From: an uncultured Armatimonadia bacterium
GTDB taxonomy: Bacteria > Armatimonadota > Zipacnadia > Zipacnadales > UBA11051
DNA: 64,000 nucleotides
Direction of reading: 5' to 3'
NCBI GenBank assembly: GCA_964622325.1
Contig: CAZUOJ010000004.1
Location: 1,561 to 65,560, forward strand
Every line of letters begins with the position of its first letter. Position 1 is the first letter of the stretch. The notes beneath the pieces are model-generated. The model saw only the letters and a list, made by a program, of their open reading frames with translations. It ran no database searches and had not been told where the DNA came from. The translations under genes were made by a program, and so were the position numbers. Positions 20,081-29,671 of this stretch are shown here, in pieces.

Positions 20081-22018
20081 TTACAGATCAATAGATTCTG
20101 CCGCACTGTCGGCATCGGAAGCGGCAAATTCCGTGATTTCGGGCGAAGACGCTGTAGCGCCTAACAATTCACGCGATTCATACAGCCGGCGATACAGCCC
20201 CGCTTGTTGCATTAATTCCTCATGCGTGCCCTGTTCCACTATGCGCCCTTCCGACATCACAATAATCCGATCGGCGTTGCGAATAGTGGAGAGCCGATGG
20301 GCGATGATAATCGCTGTGCGACCCTGAAGCAAAGTGGCTAAAGCCGCGTGGATGGCGGCCTCGCTTTCGTTATCCAGCGAAGAAGTCGCCTCATCCAGAA
20401 TCAAAATCCGCGGATTGCGCAAAAAAGCGCGGGCAATCGCAATTCTCTGTCTTTGGCCCCCCGAAAGCCGCATTCCTTTTTCGCCGACATGCGTATCATA
20501 GCCCTCGGGCAAGGACATAATAAAATCATGGGCGTGGGCGGCTTTTGCCGCGGCAATTATTTCCTCCTCCGTGGCCTCGGGAAAGCTGCAGGCAATGTTT
20601 TCGCGGATTGTCGTGCCAAAAAGAATCGTTTCCTGGGGCACACAGGCTAAAAAGCGCCGCAACGAATCCTGCCGGATTTGCCGCAAATCAAGGCCATCCA
20701 GCAAAACGCGGCCTTTTGTGGGATCATAAAGTCGCATCACAAGATTGGCGACTGTTGTTTTGCCGGCGCCGCTGGGCCCCGCCAGCGCCACGACTTCCCC
20801 GGGCGCAATATCCAGACAAAAATCCGTTAACACCGGATGTTCGCCATCGTAGGAAAATTCCACATGCTCAAAGGTAATGCGGCCTTCGATGCGGGCTAAT
20901 TCTACAGCTTGCGGGGCATCTTGTATTTCCGGCTGTTCTTTTAAAAGCGCCCAGGTGCGTTCCGCCGCGGCTTCGGCCACTTGCAACATCACATACAGGC
21001 GCGCCACAGTATTCAGCTCCGCCGCCGCTACTTGCAGGAACACGACAAATAACATTAAGGTGGAAAAGCTCATCGCCCCCTGCTGGATTTCCTGGCCCGC
21101 CACTAGCAGGGTGACTGCCAGCGCGCCGCCCACAATGGCAAAAACCGGCGGCAGGCCCAGGGCTTTGACCAGCGCATTTTTCATTTCGGCTCGCAGCACT
21201 TCTGTAGCCGCCCGCGTAAAGCGCGCCTGCGTCTGCGCCTCGATCCCAAAGGCTTTAATCACGCGCATGGCGGCAAAGCTTTCTTCTGTGACAGTAGTTA
21301 AATCGGCCACGCGCATTTGAGTGCGCCGCCCATAGCGGCGGGCAAATTGGGCCGTATACGCTGTGAGCGCAGTGACGAGGGGAAGCGTCACCGCCAGAAT
21401 CCCTGTCAAAAGCGGCGAAATGCGCAGCATCTGGATAATCATAAATATAATGACGAGAGGCGCCACGACTACTTTAAACAAATCCGCGCCGAACGCACGC
21501 TGCAGCACGATTGTGTCATTATTGACGCGGGAAATCAGTTCTCCCGAACGCCGCCGATCAAAAAAAGACATGGACAGAGTTTGCAAATGGCTGAATACGG
21601 CGATCCGCAGCCGGCGCAAAATTTGCTGGCCGATGTAATCCCCCAGATATAAAGCCAGGGCGTTGGCGATGGCTGCCGCTAACAATAGCACGACAAAAAT
21701 TTTTGTCTTATGAAATATATGTTGCCAGGCCTGCTGTGGCGATACAACGCGGGGCAGGGGCGTTTCGGAGGAGGGCGGGGCGGCAGAAGCGGGCGGCTTT
21801 AATCCTTTGGGCAACCAGGAAAAAATAGAGGGGCTGGGGCTTGTCGGTTGCGCCGGCGGCGCTTGCCCCGCCAGCATGCTAATGCCATCCAGTATCGGCT
21901 TGATGGCGCTCAATGATTGCACATTCAGCCAGGCCGCGCCAGACATTATGGGCACGGCGAGAATGATGAGCGGCCACAGGCCGGCGGCAAATACGCGCAA
22001 ACGCCAGAGCGAGCGCAT
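20081..22018 (-). CDS. msbA: Lipid A export ABC transporter permease/ATPase MsbA-like
   Basis: Six-TM domain plus an ABC ATPase with LSGGQRQRIAIARA, Walker A GPSGAGKTT and Walker B ILILDEATS. Likely start is ATG at 22018, sharing TAATG with the lpxB stop. An unusual Pro/Ser/Ala-rich insert of about 80 aa follows TM1. Confidence 0.85.
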   Translation of the reverse strand: MRSLWRLRVFAAGLWPLIILAVPIMSGAAWLNVQSLSAIKPILDGISMLAGQAPPAQPTSPSPSIFSWLPKGLKPPASAAPPSSETPLPRVVSPQQAWQHIFHKTKIFVVLLLAAAIANALALYLGDYIGQQILRRLRIAVFSHLQTLSMSFFDRRRSGELISRVNNDTIVLQRAFGADLFKVVVAPLVIIFMIIQMLRISPLLTGILAVTLPLVTALTAYTAQFARRYGRRTQMRVADLTTVTEESFAAMRVIKAFGIEAQTQARFTRAATEVLRAEMKNALVKALGLPPVFAIVGGALAVTLLVAGQEIQQGAMSFSTLMLFVVFLQVAAAELNTVARLYVMLQVAEAAAERTWALLKEQPEIQDAPQAVELARIEGRITFEHVEFSYDGEHPVLTDFCLDIAPGEVVALAGPSGAGKTTVANLVMRLYDPTKGRVLLDGLDLRQIRQDSLRRFLACVPQETILFGTTIRENIACSFPEATEEEIIAAAKAAHAHDFIMSLPEGYDTHVGEKGMRLSGGQRQRIAIARAFLRNPRILILDEATSSLDNESEAAIHAALATLLQGRTAIIIAHRLSTIRNADRIIVMSEGRIVEQGTHEELMQQAGLYRRLYESRELLGATASSPEITEFAASDADSAAESIDL

Positions 22019-23169
22019 TAATACGCCCCTGCCTTTTTCGTTATCATAGCTTCCAGCAAATCTGCCGTTCGGGCAATCGCGCCAGGGGGACCCAGCTGCT
22101 CCCGCACTCTCTGAAGGGCGTCTCGCATTTGAGCTAATTTTTTCGGTTCCGCCAGCAGCTCCCGAACGCATTGAACGATGTTGGCGGCCGTGCAGGCTTC
22201 AGCGACGAATTCCGGCATCGCTGGCTCATCCAGAATGATGTTCGGCATCGCGTAAAACCGCGTGGGGACCCGCATGAGCTTGAATTGCCATGTTTGAAGG
22301 GCTGTTCCTTTATAGACAGCCACAAACGGCGTGAGCGCCGCCGCGGCTTCTAAAGTCGTTGTACCCATACACACAATGGCCAGATCCGCAGCGGCAAGCA
22401 GAGCGGCGTTATCGGCAATGACGCTGAGATGGGGCTGGAGATCCGCGGGAAGGCGCACTGGATCAGGCCGCCCGGGCAGCCCGGGCGACCAGAGAAAGTG
22501 AATGTCCTGTGTCGCTAATAACTGGCGCGCGGCGTTCAACATTTCTTTGCCAATCAGACGCCTTTCAAAGGGCCGACTGCCGGGCATCAGCCCAATGTAC
22601 ACAGGAGCTGGCGGCAGCCCCAGGCGTGTGCGCAAAAGCCTCTTATCCTCACACGGCTGGACCCGATCCATCACTGGATGGCCCACATAATGCACATTGA
22701 CGCCACAGCGGCGTAACAGTTCGGCGGACCACACAAAGGGCGTGACCACTAAATCCGCCAGCCGGGCTAATTCGGACCAATCCCGCTCTGTTTTGTCCCA
22801 GGAGCGCGGCGGGAAAAAATACATAATCTTTTGCGGCCAGGGAAATTGCCTCACGGCGCGCGCCACGCGTATATTGAAGCCGCCAAAATCCACCAGCAGG
22901 AGCAAATCTGGCCGCCGCTGCCGCAAAAGCTGCAAAATTTTGTGCTTCGTCCATAAGGCGGCCGGAAGCTTGAGCAGCGCCTGCCCCAGGCCCATCACTG
23001 CCCAGCGGCTGCTGTCAAAATCCGTCTGTACGCCGGCGCGCCGCATCAAAGGGCCCCCGGCGCCTGTCAGCCGCCAGCCCCCGCGCCGCTGCAGTTCCGC
23101 AGCCAGCATAGAGGCATGCACATCGCCCGAAGGATCACCGGCAATAAAAAAAATCTCGCGCAAGGGCAT
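22018..23169 (-). CDS. lpxB: Lipid-A-disaccharide synthase
   Basis: N-terminus MPLREIFFIAGDPSGDVHAS matches the LpxB AGExSGD motif; start chosen at ATG 23169. The track ORF begins at 23262. Confidence 0.85.
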   Translation of the reverse strand: MPLREIFFIAGDPSGDVHASMLAAELQRRGGWRLTGAGGPLMRRAGVQTDFDSSRWAVMGLGQALLKLPAALWTKHKILQLLRQRRPDLLLLVDFGGFNIRVARAVRQFPWPQKIMYFFPPRSWDKTERDWSELARLADLVVTPFVWSAELLRRCGVNVHYVGHPVMDRVQPCEDKRLLRTRLGLPPAPVYIGLMPGSRPFERRLIGKEMLNAARQLLATQDIHFLWSPGLPGRPDPVRLPADLQPHLSVIADNAALLAAADLAIVCMGTTTLEAAAALTPFVAVYKGTALQTWQFKLMRVPTRFYAMPNIILDEPAMPEFVAEACTAANIVQCVRELLAEPKKLAQMRDALQRVREQLGPPGAIARTADLLEAMITKKAGAY

Positions 23170-23201
23170 GAGTTTTCGCCCCGTCCTGCTGCCGCGACCA
23201 C

Positions 23202-23990
23202 TTAGCGGGGATTGCGCTGACGGCCAAATTGGCCCTCTTGATATCGGCGCATAAAGTCGCACAAATAGCGCACTTCCGGCAAATCCGGCACCTGTTCCGC
23301 CACGGCGCGCAGGGCGTCTGTAAGATTGTATTCGGAACGGAACAACAGGCGGAAGGCTCGCCGTAAAGCGGCGCGATCCTCGGCCGAGACGCCATGACGC
23401 TCCAGGCCAATCACATTCAGGCCGCGCACTTCGGCCGGATTGCCTTCCACAATCGTAAAGGGCGGCACATCCTGATTGATGCGGGACATGGCCCCCACCA
23501 TCGCCATTTTCCCCACCGTGACAAATTGATGAAAGCCTGTCATCCCCCCTACCGTCACATAATCCTCAAAGACAGTGTGGCCCGAAATCTGCACGCCATT
23601 GGCCAATTGACAATAGCTGCCAATGCGCACATTGTGTCCCGCATGACAATAGGCCATAATCATATTATAATCGCCAATAATCGTTGCTTCGCCTTCCCCT
23701 GTCGCCCGATGCAATGTGACATACTCGCGAATTTGATTGCCCCGCCCAATTTTCAAGAAGCTTTTTTCATTCTGAAACTTGCGATCCTGCGGCGGCTCGC
23801 CCAAAACTGCGCCCGTCGTGATATGGCAATCACTGCCGATTTCTGTCCAGCGCCGAATCACACAATGAGGGCCAATCACGCACCGATCGCCAATGATTGT
23901 CTCGCCCTCAATAATCGTATAGGGCAAAATCTCCACTTCCACACCTAATTCGGCCTTCGGATCCACGATTGCGGTCGGATGTATGCTCAT
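23202..23990 (-). CDS. lpxA: Acyl-ACP--UDP-N-acetylglucosamine O-acyltransferase
   Basis: MSIHPTAIVDPKAELG... hexapeptide repeats characteristic of LpxA. ATGA overlap with the fabZ stop. Confidence 0.9.
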   Translation of the reverse strand: MSIHPTAIVDPKAELGVEVEILPYTIIEGETIIGDRCVIGPHCVIRRWTEIGSDCHITTGAVLGEPPQDRKFQNEKSFLKIGRGNQIREYVTLHRATGEGEATIIGDYNMIMAYCHAGHNVRIGSYCQLANGVQISGHTVFEDYVTVGGMTGFHQFVTVGKMAMVGAMSRINQDVPPFTIVEGNPAEVRGLNVIGLERHGVSAEDRAALRRAFRLLFRSEYNLTDALRAVAEQVPDLPEVRYLCDFMRRYQEGQFGRQRNPR

Positions 23991-24451
23991 TCTTCTGCCT
24001 CCGAAGATTCCTGCGGCTGTTCGGCGTCCACCAGCGCGAACATAAATTCGCCTTCCACCGCAATCTCCCCATTCACACGCGCCACTGCCGCGGCCTTGCC
24101 CATATTCCCCTTGCGCCGAACAAGCTCAGCTGTAATAATCACTTGATCCCCCGGCCGCACTTGCCTGCGAAAGCGGATGCCATCCATTCCGGCAAAAAAA
24201 GCGATTTTGCCTTCCGCCTGCGCTTCCGCCAGCAGAAATATCCCGCCCACCTGCGCCATCGCCTCCAGCATTAAAACGCCAGGCATAACGGGATTGTTGG
24301 GCCAATGGCCCGTAAATTGGGGCTCGTTCACAGTGACATTTTTAATCGCCACCGCGCGTTTGCCCGGCTCCAGCTCGATCACGCGATCGATCATTAAAAA
24401 GGGATATCGATGCGGCAAAATCTTCATTATATCTTTGATGTCTAATGTCAC
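23987..24451 (-). CDS. fabZ: 3-hydroxyacyl-ACP dehydratase
   Basis: ILPHRYPFLMIDRV ... PGVLMLEAMAQ hot-dog fold motifs; 154 aa. Confidence 0.9.
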   Translation of the reverse strand: MTLDIKDIMKILPHRYPFLMIDRVIELEPGKRAVAIKNVTVNEPQFTGHWPNNPVMPGVLMLEAMAQVGGIFLLAEAQAEGKIAFFAGMDGIRFRRQVRPGDQVIITAELVRRKGNMGKAAAVARVNGEIAVEGEFMFALVDAEQPQESSEAEE

Positions 24452-24665
24452 AATAAGCCTCCCTTTTTATTGATATTCGGGGAGAAATTTCTGGCTATGG
24501 CAATTATAACAAGCACCCCTTTTCAGAGTCAAAGACGCGGGCGAATTTTGGGGGCGTGTAGGCGCTAAAGACATCGCCGCGCCCGCTCTTCTTTGGGCGA
24601 GAGGCTTTTTATAAATCAAATTATAAATCAAAAAAACGCCCCCACTGGGGCGTTATGAGCTGTAT

Positions 24666-24741
24666 TGGTGGACGGAAAGGGATTCGAACCCTCGACCTCG
24701 TCCGTGCGAAGGACGCGCTCTCCCGACTGAGCTATCCGCCC
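24666..24741 (-). tRNA. tRNA-Ala (anticodon CGC)
   Basis: Reverse complement is GGGCGGATAGCTCAGTCGGGAGAGCGCGTCCTTCGCACGGACGAGGTCGAGGGTTCGAATCCCTTTCCGTCCACCA. Cloverleaf with anticodon loop TTCGCAC, the G3:U70 alanine identity pair and an encoded CCA. Confidence 0.85.
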
Positions 24742-24938
24742 GTCGCTTATTATTATATTGATTTTGGGCGTGTTTGTCAAAAGCTCTGGCCAAAAAGGCG
24801 CCTAAAATCTGGGCCTGTCTTTTATCATGTCGCCTATTCATTAATGCAGGTGGCCATACTTTTGGCCACACTTTTTATAGTTTATGCTATAATCGCAAAG
24901 GCGATCCCGCCCCAACAGCTTCCAAGGAGGCCCCGCAA

Positions 24939-27494
24939 GTGCTTGTACAGAGAAAAAATTATCATAGGCAATTTATTTCAGCGCTTTGTGCCATTGCGCT
25001 ATGGCTGGGCGGCAATGGGACCTTAAGCGCCGCAGATTTGCCTTTGCGTCCATTTGCCTACAAAGAGGGCTTTGAGGGCGAGCCGCCTGAAGTGGCCTTA
25101 TGGGCAAGCCGGGGCAGCCCCCCTGTCATCAATTACATTGGCCCCTCTGAAGAAACAGCCCAGGAGGGCAAACGCTCCTTGAAAATTGACATCATCTTCG
25201 GCGACAGCCCATATTATTATTTCGGCGTTCCGTTGCGGGTGCCGCTTGCGGGCGAGCTGCGCCTGTCAGCGTATATTAAAGGAGGCGCCGCCAATCAAGC
25301 CCGATTTGGCTTTGGGATTAACGCGCTTTATCCGCCCAGCACGCATTCCGGCTGCGGCCCCATTGAAAGCTTTTCAGGCCCTGCGGATTGGCAGCCAGTT
25401 CAGGCCGATCTTGTGGCGCGCGGCCAGCAGGATGCGGCGGCTGTTATTCCGCAATATCTATGGGGCTTCACAGGCCAGGATACGGCGCCTATGCTGGACC
25501 GCTGGGCTGTATTCCTGTATGGAAACAAGGGCCAGCGCGCAGTCGTGTTTGTGGATAATATCCGAATAGAGGGAGCTGTGCCCGACGAAGCGCCCTATAT
25601 CCAGCAAGCCGAAGCGGCTTTTGCGGCAAAAAAAGCGCAATTTCGCCTAAAATTAGCCGCCTGGCGACAGGAACTTCAAGCTTGCCAGACAACTTTACAG
25701 GCCGCTCAGGCCATGGCCACGGAGGCGCCGGCACTTTTCGCCCGCTGGCAAAAACAAATTACACAGGCTGAAGAGATTCTTTCTTCTCTGGACAAACAGG
25801 CTTTTGGCGCCCCAGCCGATGTAGAAGCGTTCCTGCGCCGACTCACTATGTTGCAAAACATTCCGCAGACATTGTCTTTGCTCCGCAAGGCTGTCGCGGA
25901 AAAGCGACAATTTATTGTATTTCCCTGCAATCAGCCGACCCTTTTGTCGCGTCCGACAGGGACACAAGCCGATTACGCGCCTTCCGCAGAACACGCTTTG
26001 CGCTTAAGCGCCTGTGCCGGAGAATATGAATCTGTTTCTGCCTTTGTACTGGCCTTCCAGGATGTTTCCGCTTTGCGCGTCACAATGAGTGCCTTGCGGA
26101 GTCCCTCCGGCACAATTCCGGCTTCAGCGGGAGAGCTATATATTGTAAAATCCTGGTTTCAGGGCGCCACCCGCAATATCGGCTATACGCCCCGCAAATG
26201 GCTGATTCCGGAATTGCTGCTAAAAGATGATGCGCTGGTGCGCGTGGATCTCTCCCAGGAAGCGAATTTTCTGCGCAGCACAAATCCAGACGGAACGCAC
26301 GAATATCTGAATTGCAGCGACACAGATAGCTCGCATTTACAGTCCGTTCGGCCTGTCGATGCGCCTGTTTTGCAGCCAGTGGATATTCCTGCCGGCGAAT
26401 GGCGCGAATTCTGGCTGACGCTTCATGTGCCTGCGCAGGCGAAGCCTGGCCGCTATGAGGGCCTAGTGCGTTTTGCTTCTGCTACGGGCGGGAATTTCGC
26501 CTTGCCGATCCAGCTCACTGTCCATCCCTTTATCTTGCAGCCCTCCCGGCTGATTTACTCTATTTATTATCGCGCCCGGCTCAGCGAAGATGGCCAGCCG
26601 GGAATTGATTCGGAAAATCGTTCTGAAGAACAATATCGGGCAGAGATGGCGGATTTGCGGGCGCATGGCGTTCTGTATCCCACGAATTATCTGGCTCTGG
26701 ACGAAAAGCGGCTGACACGCCAGCTGCAGATTCGCCGGGAAGTAGGCCTGCCTGCGGGGCGCTTTTATAATTTAGGCTATATCGTGGGGCCGCAAAAGCC
26801 AGAACAAATCCCGGAGCTCCAGCAAACTGTGAAACGCTGGCTCGATTTCTTACGCCCCTGGGGCTATACAGATGTTTATTTTTATGGCATAGATGAGGCC
26901 ACAGGAGAAAGACTGGCTGCCCAAAAAGCCGCCTGGGCGGCCGCACAAGAAGCCGGGGGCAAAACATTCGTCGCCTGTTATCGTCGGACTTTTGAAACAA
27001 TGGGCAAATTGTTGAATGTCGCTGTGCTGGCTGGCCCGCCGGATCCTGAAGAGGCGAAAAAATGGCATTCCGTAGGCTCGCAGATTTTCTGCTACGCCAA
27101 TCCGCAAGTCGGCGTGGAGGACCCGCTTGTGTATCGCCGCAATTTCGGACTGTTGCTGTGGAAGGCCGGCTATGACGGCGCCATGGATTATGCCTATCAA
27201 CACGGCTTTAATCATATCTGGAATGATTTTGATCATAGAAGTTATCGGGATCACAATTTTACATATCCGACTGTGAACGGGATTGTGGGCACGATTCAAT
27301 GGGAAGGCTTTCGCGAAGGCGTGGATGATGTGCGCTATGTCACTACATTAGAAAAGGCTATTGCAAACGCTCCCGCCGCGAAAAAACGCCTGGCCGCCCA
27401 AGCCCAAAAATGGCTGCAAGAGCTGGATCCAGCCAAAGATAATCTGGATGACATTCGCGCGCAAATCGTGCGCTGGATTAAACAGTTGATGTAA
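24939..27494 (+). CDS. Large secreted hypothetical protein (about 851 aa), possible glycoside-hydrolase-like fold
   Basis: GTG start at 24939 sits 8 nt after AAGGAGG and is followed by signal peptide VLVQRKNYHRQFISALCAIALWLGGNGTLSAADL. The track ORF starts upstream at 24774, over the tRNA flank. No catalytic motif is confidently recognised. Confidence 0.55.
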   Translation: MLVQRKNYHRQFISALCAIALWLGGNGTLSAADLPLRPFAYKEGFEGEPPEVALWASRGSPPVINYIGPSEETAQEGKRSLKIDIIFGDSPYYYFGVPLRVPLAGELRLSAYIKGGAANQARFGFGINALYPPSTHSGCGPIESFSGPADWQPVQADLVARGQQDAAAVIPQYLWGFTGQDTAPMLDRWAVFLYGNKGQRAVVFVDNIRIEGAVPDEAPYIQQAEAAFAAKKAQFRLKLAAWRQELQACQTTLQAAQAMATEAPALFARWQKQITQAEEILSSLDKQAFGAPADVEAFLRRLTMLQNIPQTLSLLRKAVAEKRQFIVFPCNQPTLLSRPTGTQADYAPSAEHALRLSACAGEYESVSAFVLAFQDVSALRVTMSALRSPSGTIPASAGELYIVKSWFQGATRNIGYTPRKWLIPELLLKDDALVRVDLSQEANFLRSTNPDGTHEYLNCSDTDSSHLQSVRPVDAPVLQPVDIPAGEWREFWLTLHVPAQAKPGRYEGLVRFASATGGNFALPIQLTVHPFILQPSRLIYSIYYRARLSEDGQPGIDSENRSEEQYRAEMADLRAHGVLYPTNYLALDEKRLTRQLQIRREVGLPAGRFYNLGYIVGPQKPEQIPELQQTVKRWLDFLRPWGYTDVYFYGIDEATGERLAAQKAAWAAAQEAGGKTFVACYRRTFETMGKLLNVAVLAGPPDPEEAKKWHSVGSQIFCYANPQVGVEDPLVYRRNFGLLLWKAGYDGAMDYAYQHGFNHIWNDFDHRSYRDHNFTYPTVNGIVGTIQWEGFREGVDDVRYVTTLEKAIANAPAAKKRLAAQAQKWLQELDPAKDNLDDIRAQIVRWIKQLM

Positions 27495-27497
27495 GTC

Positions 27498-28559
27498 TCA
27501 TTCTTCCATTATGAGGAGAACTTTTAAGGCGCCAGTGCGCATTTTATCGGATGCTATGGCGAAGGCGCGGGGCGCTTCCTCCAGAGGGAAGCGATGTGTG
27601 ATCATTGGCTTTACATGCACGCGCCGCTGCGCCAGAAGTTCCAGGGCGAATGTGAAATCTTCATATTGATGATTGCTGGATGTCATTATGTGCCGTTCGC
27701 CCGCTAAATCCCGAAGCGATAAACGCAAGCCTTGCCCCACGCCCGCTAACAACACTAGTTTGCCGCCCGGGCTCAAAAGTTTAAGGGCAGCTTTTTGCAC
27801 AGCCGCATCGCCTGTTGTATCAAATATTGCTAAAATCGGATTAGAGATCTGTCCTTGAATTTCTTGAGATGTGCTCTTATCGGGCGGGGCTGCAATTTTC
27901 AGAGCTTCTATATTTAATTCTCGGGCACATTCTAAGGGCGTGTCATAAATATCCGTGACAAGAATGCGCCCGGCGCCCAAAGCGCGTGCTGTCTGGGCAA
28001 TGAGCAAGCCAATAGGCCCGCCGCCCATTACAACGATACTGGACATTGGAGGAATATTGGCGGTCCGGACAGCATGCACAGCGACAGCCAGCCCATCCAG
28101 AAATGTCGCTTCCTCCACATCAATCATATCAGCCAAAAAATAGATGTTTTCCCGCCATACAGGACAGAATTCCGCCATTCCCCCCGCATTTTGGCCCTGC
28201 CAGCCTGCCCCATGGCCCAAATGCGCCGTATGAGCGCACAATTGAGGCACGCCGCGCCGACATTCCGCACACATCCCGCATGCCTTAAAGGAGAGCACGC
28301 CCACGCGCTGCCAATCGCCGTGCCCTGTGACATCCACATAGCCGCCAATTTCATGTCCCAATATCATGCCCTTGGGATTGGGCCGCGGATAGCCTAATGT
28401 GTGCAGCGCCCAGGGATTTTCGCCGGCATAATAACGCAAATCGCTGCCGCATATGCCACAGGCCGCTACGCGCACAAGCATTTGGCCGGGACGGGGCTGA
28501 GGAATGGGCATCTCCCCTACACGAATCTTGTTCGGGCCCTCCCAGATGACAGCTTTCAT
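27498..28559 (-). CDS. Zinc-dependent alcohol dehydrogenase (MDR family, sorbitol/threonine dehydrogenase-like)
   Basis: GHEIGGYV catalytic-zinc motif, C-x2-C-x2-C structural zinc site (CGMCAECRRG) and Rossmann VVMGGGPIGL. Confidence 0.8.
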   Translation of the reverse strand: MKAVIWEGPNKIRVGEMPIPQPRPGQMLVRVAACGICGSDLRYYAGENPWALHTLGYPRPNPKGMILGHEIGGYVDVTGHGDWQRVGVLSFKACGMCAECRRGVPQLCAHTAHLGHGAGWQGQNAGGMAEFCPVWRENIYFLADMIDVEEATFLDGLAVAVHAVRTANIPPMSSIVVMGGGPIGLLIAQTARALGAGRILVTDIYDTPLECARELNIEALKIAAPPDKSTSQEIQGQISNPILAIFDTTGDAAVQKAALKLLSPGGKLVLLAGVGQGLRLSLRDLAGERHIMTSSNHQYEDFTFALELLAQRRVHVKPMITHRFPLEEAPRAFAIASDKMRTGALKVLLIMEE

Positions 28560-28615
28560 TGTCGCTAACATACAGAGATATTTGTGTTCGGGGAGATAAT
28601 TCCTGCGCGGCTCAG

Positions 28616-29647
28616 CTAATGTAGCTCTGTGAATTCTGCAGCCGATTTGGCGGGCGCACTCAAATTTTTCACGCTTACGCTTCCCGAAGGCATGGGCTCT
28701 GCCAAAGAACGCAGGCGCCAGGACCGATATGCTGTCTCTGTTTGCGATAAGGCCGTTTCTGTCCTCATAGCGGGCCTAAAAGCGCGTATGTCCGTATGAG
28801 GAGGAATCGGAGGCGGAGATAACACAGCCGGCGGGATTATTTGCATTTCTGAAAAGGAAGAGTCGAAACAGGAAAGAGCCGGAGGATTTAGCCGCGGCAC
28901 AGGCGCAGGCGAGAAGGGCGTGTAATTTTGTGTAGAAAGCGTTTTTACGGCGGGCATGGCATTTTGTGTCGCCTGGGGGCCAGCTGGCCCGAACTGTTTT
29001 TCGGCCGATAATGCGGATACAGGGCAATGTAGCGAAGAGGCATTGCGCGTCAAAGGCGACGAAATTGCCATGGCGCGCCTTTTCATGGCGTTGGAAGCGG
29101 GCCTGGGCCCCAAAGAAGGAACAGGAGTGTGCCTGTTCAGTCTTTGAGGGCTGACAGCAGAAGCATTCTGACGCCCAGCGCTCACATTATGGAAAGATTT
29201 ATTTTTTTGTGGATTAGTTTCTGTAAAACGAGCGCGTAAACGATATGCTGCGACTACTTCCACATCTGGCGCGGGCCACATTTCCGGGATATTGCTGGCA
29301 AAAGACATTCTCCAGATGACAAGCAGGCAAATCATTGCGCCGCACAGCAAGCTGACACATGTGGCTAAAAAGGCGGGCGAGCCCAATGCTTTCTCAGAAA
29401 GAGGGCGATTTTTAAGGGCTAAACGAGTCTGCGCCGCTTTTTTTATCTTTTCGGCTAAACAAGGAGGCGGGAGGGGACTGCTTGTCTTTTGCAGAACGCT
29501 TTTGAGCAAACGCATTTCCAGAACAAGCTGGCGGCAGGAAGGGCACTGCCGGAGATGCTGCTCAACAAAGACACAGCACGACACTGGCAATGTGCCATTC
29601 ACATATTCTTCCAGCCATTTTTGCACTTCGTGGCACGACATATTCAT
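28616..29647 (-). CDS. Anti-sigma factor (zf-HC2 type), single-pass membrane, Pro-rich low-complexity periplasmic region
   Basis: N-terminus CHEVQKWLEEYVNGTL...HLRQCPSCR gives an H-x3-C-x2-C zinc motif. One TM helix, then a P/S/A-rich tail. Lies immediately downstream of an ECF sigma gene. Confidence 0.6.
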   Translation of the reverse strand: MNMSCHEVQKWLEEYVNGTLPVSCCVFVEQHLRQCPSCRQLVLEMRLLKSVLQKTSSPLPPPCLAEKIKKAAQTRLALKNRPLSEKALGSPAFLATCVSLLCGAMICLLVIWRMSFASNIPEMWPAPDVEVVAAYRLRARFTETNPQKNKSFHNVSAGRQNASAVSPQRLNRHTPVPSLGPRPASNAMKRRAMAISSPLTRNASSLHCPVSALSAEKQFGPAGPQATQNAMPAVKTLSTQNYTPFSPAPVPRLNPPALSCFDSSFSEMQIIPPAVLSPPPIPPHTDIRAFRPAMRTETALSQTETAYRSWRLRSLAEPMPSGSVSVKNLSAPAKSAAEFTELH

Positions 29648-29671
29648 TTCTTGTGGAAAATCCTTAGCTCA

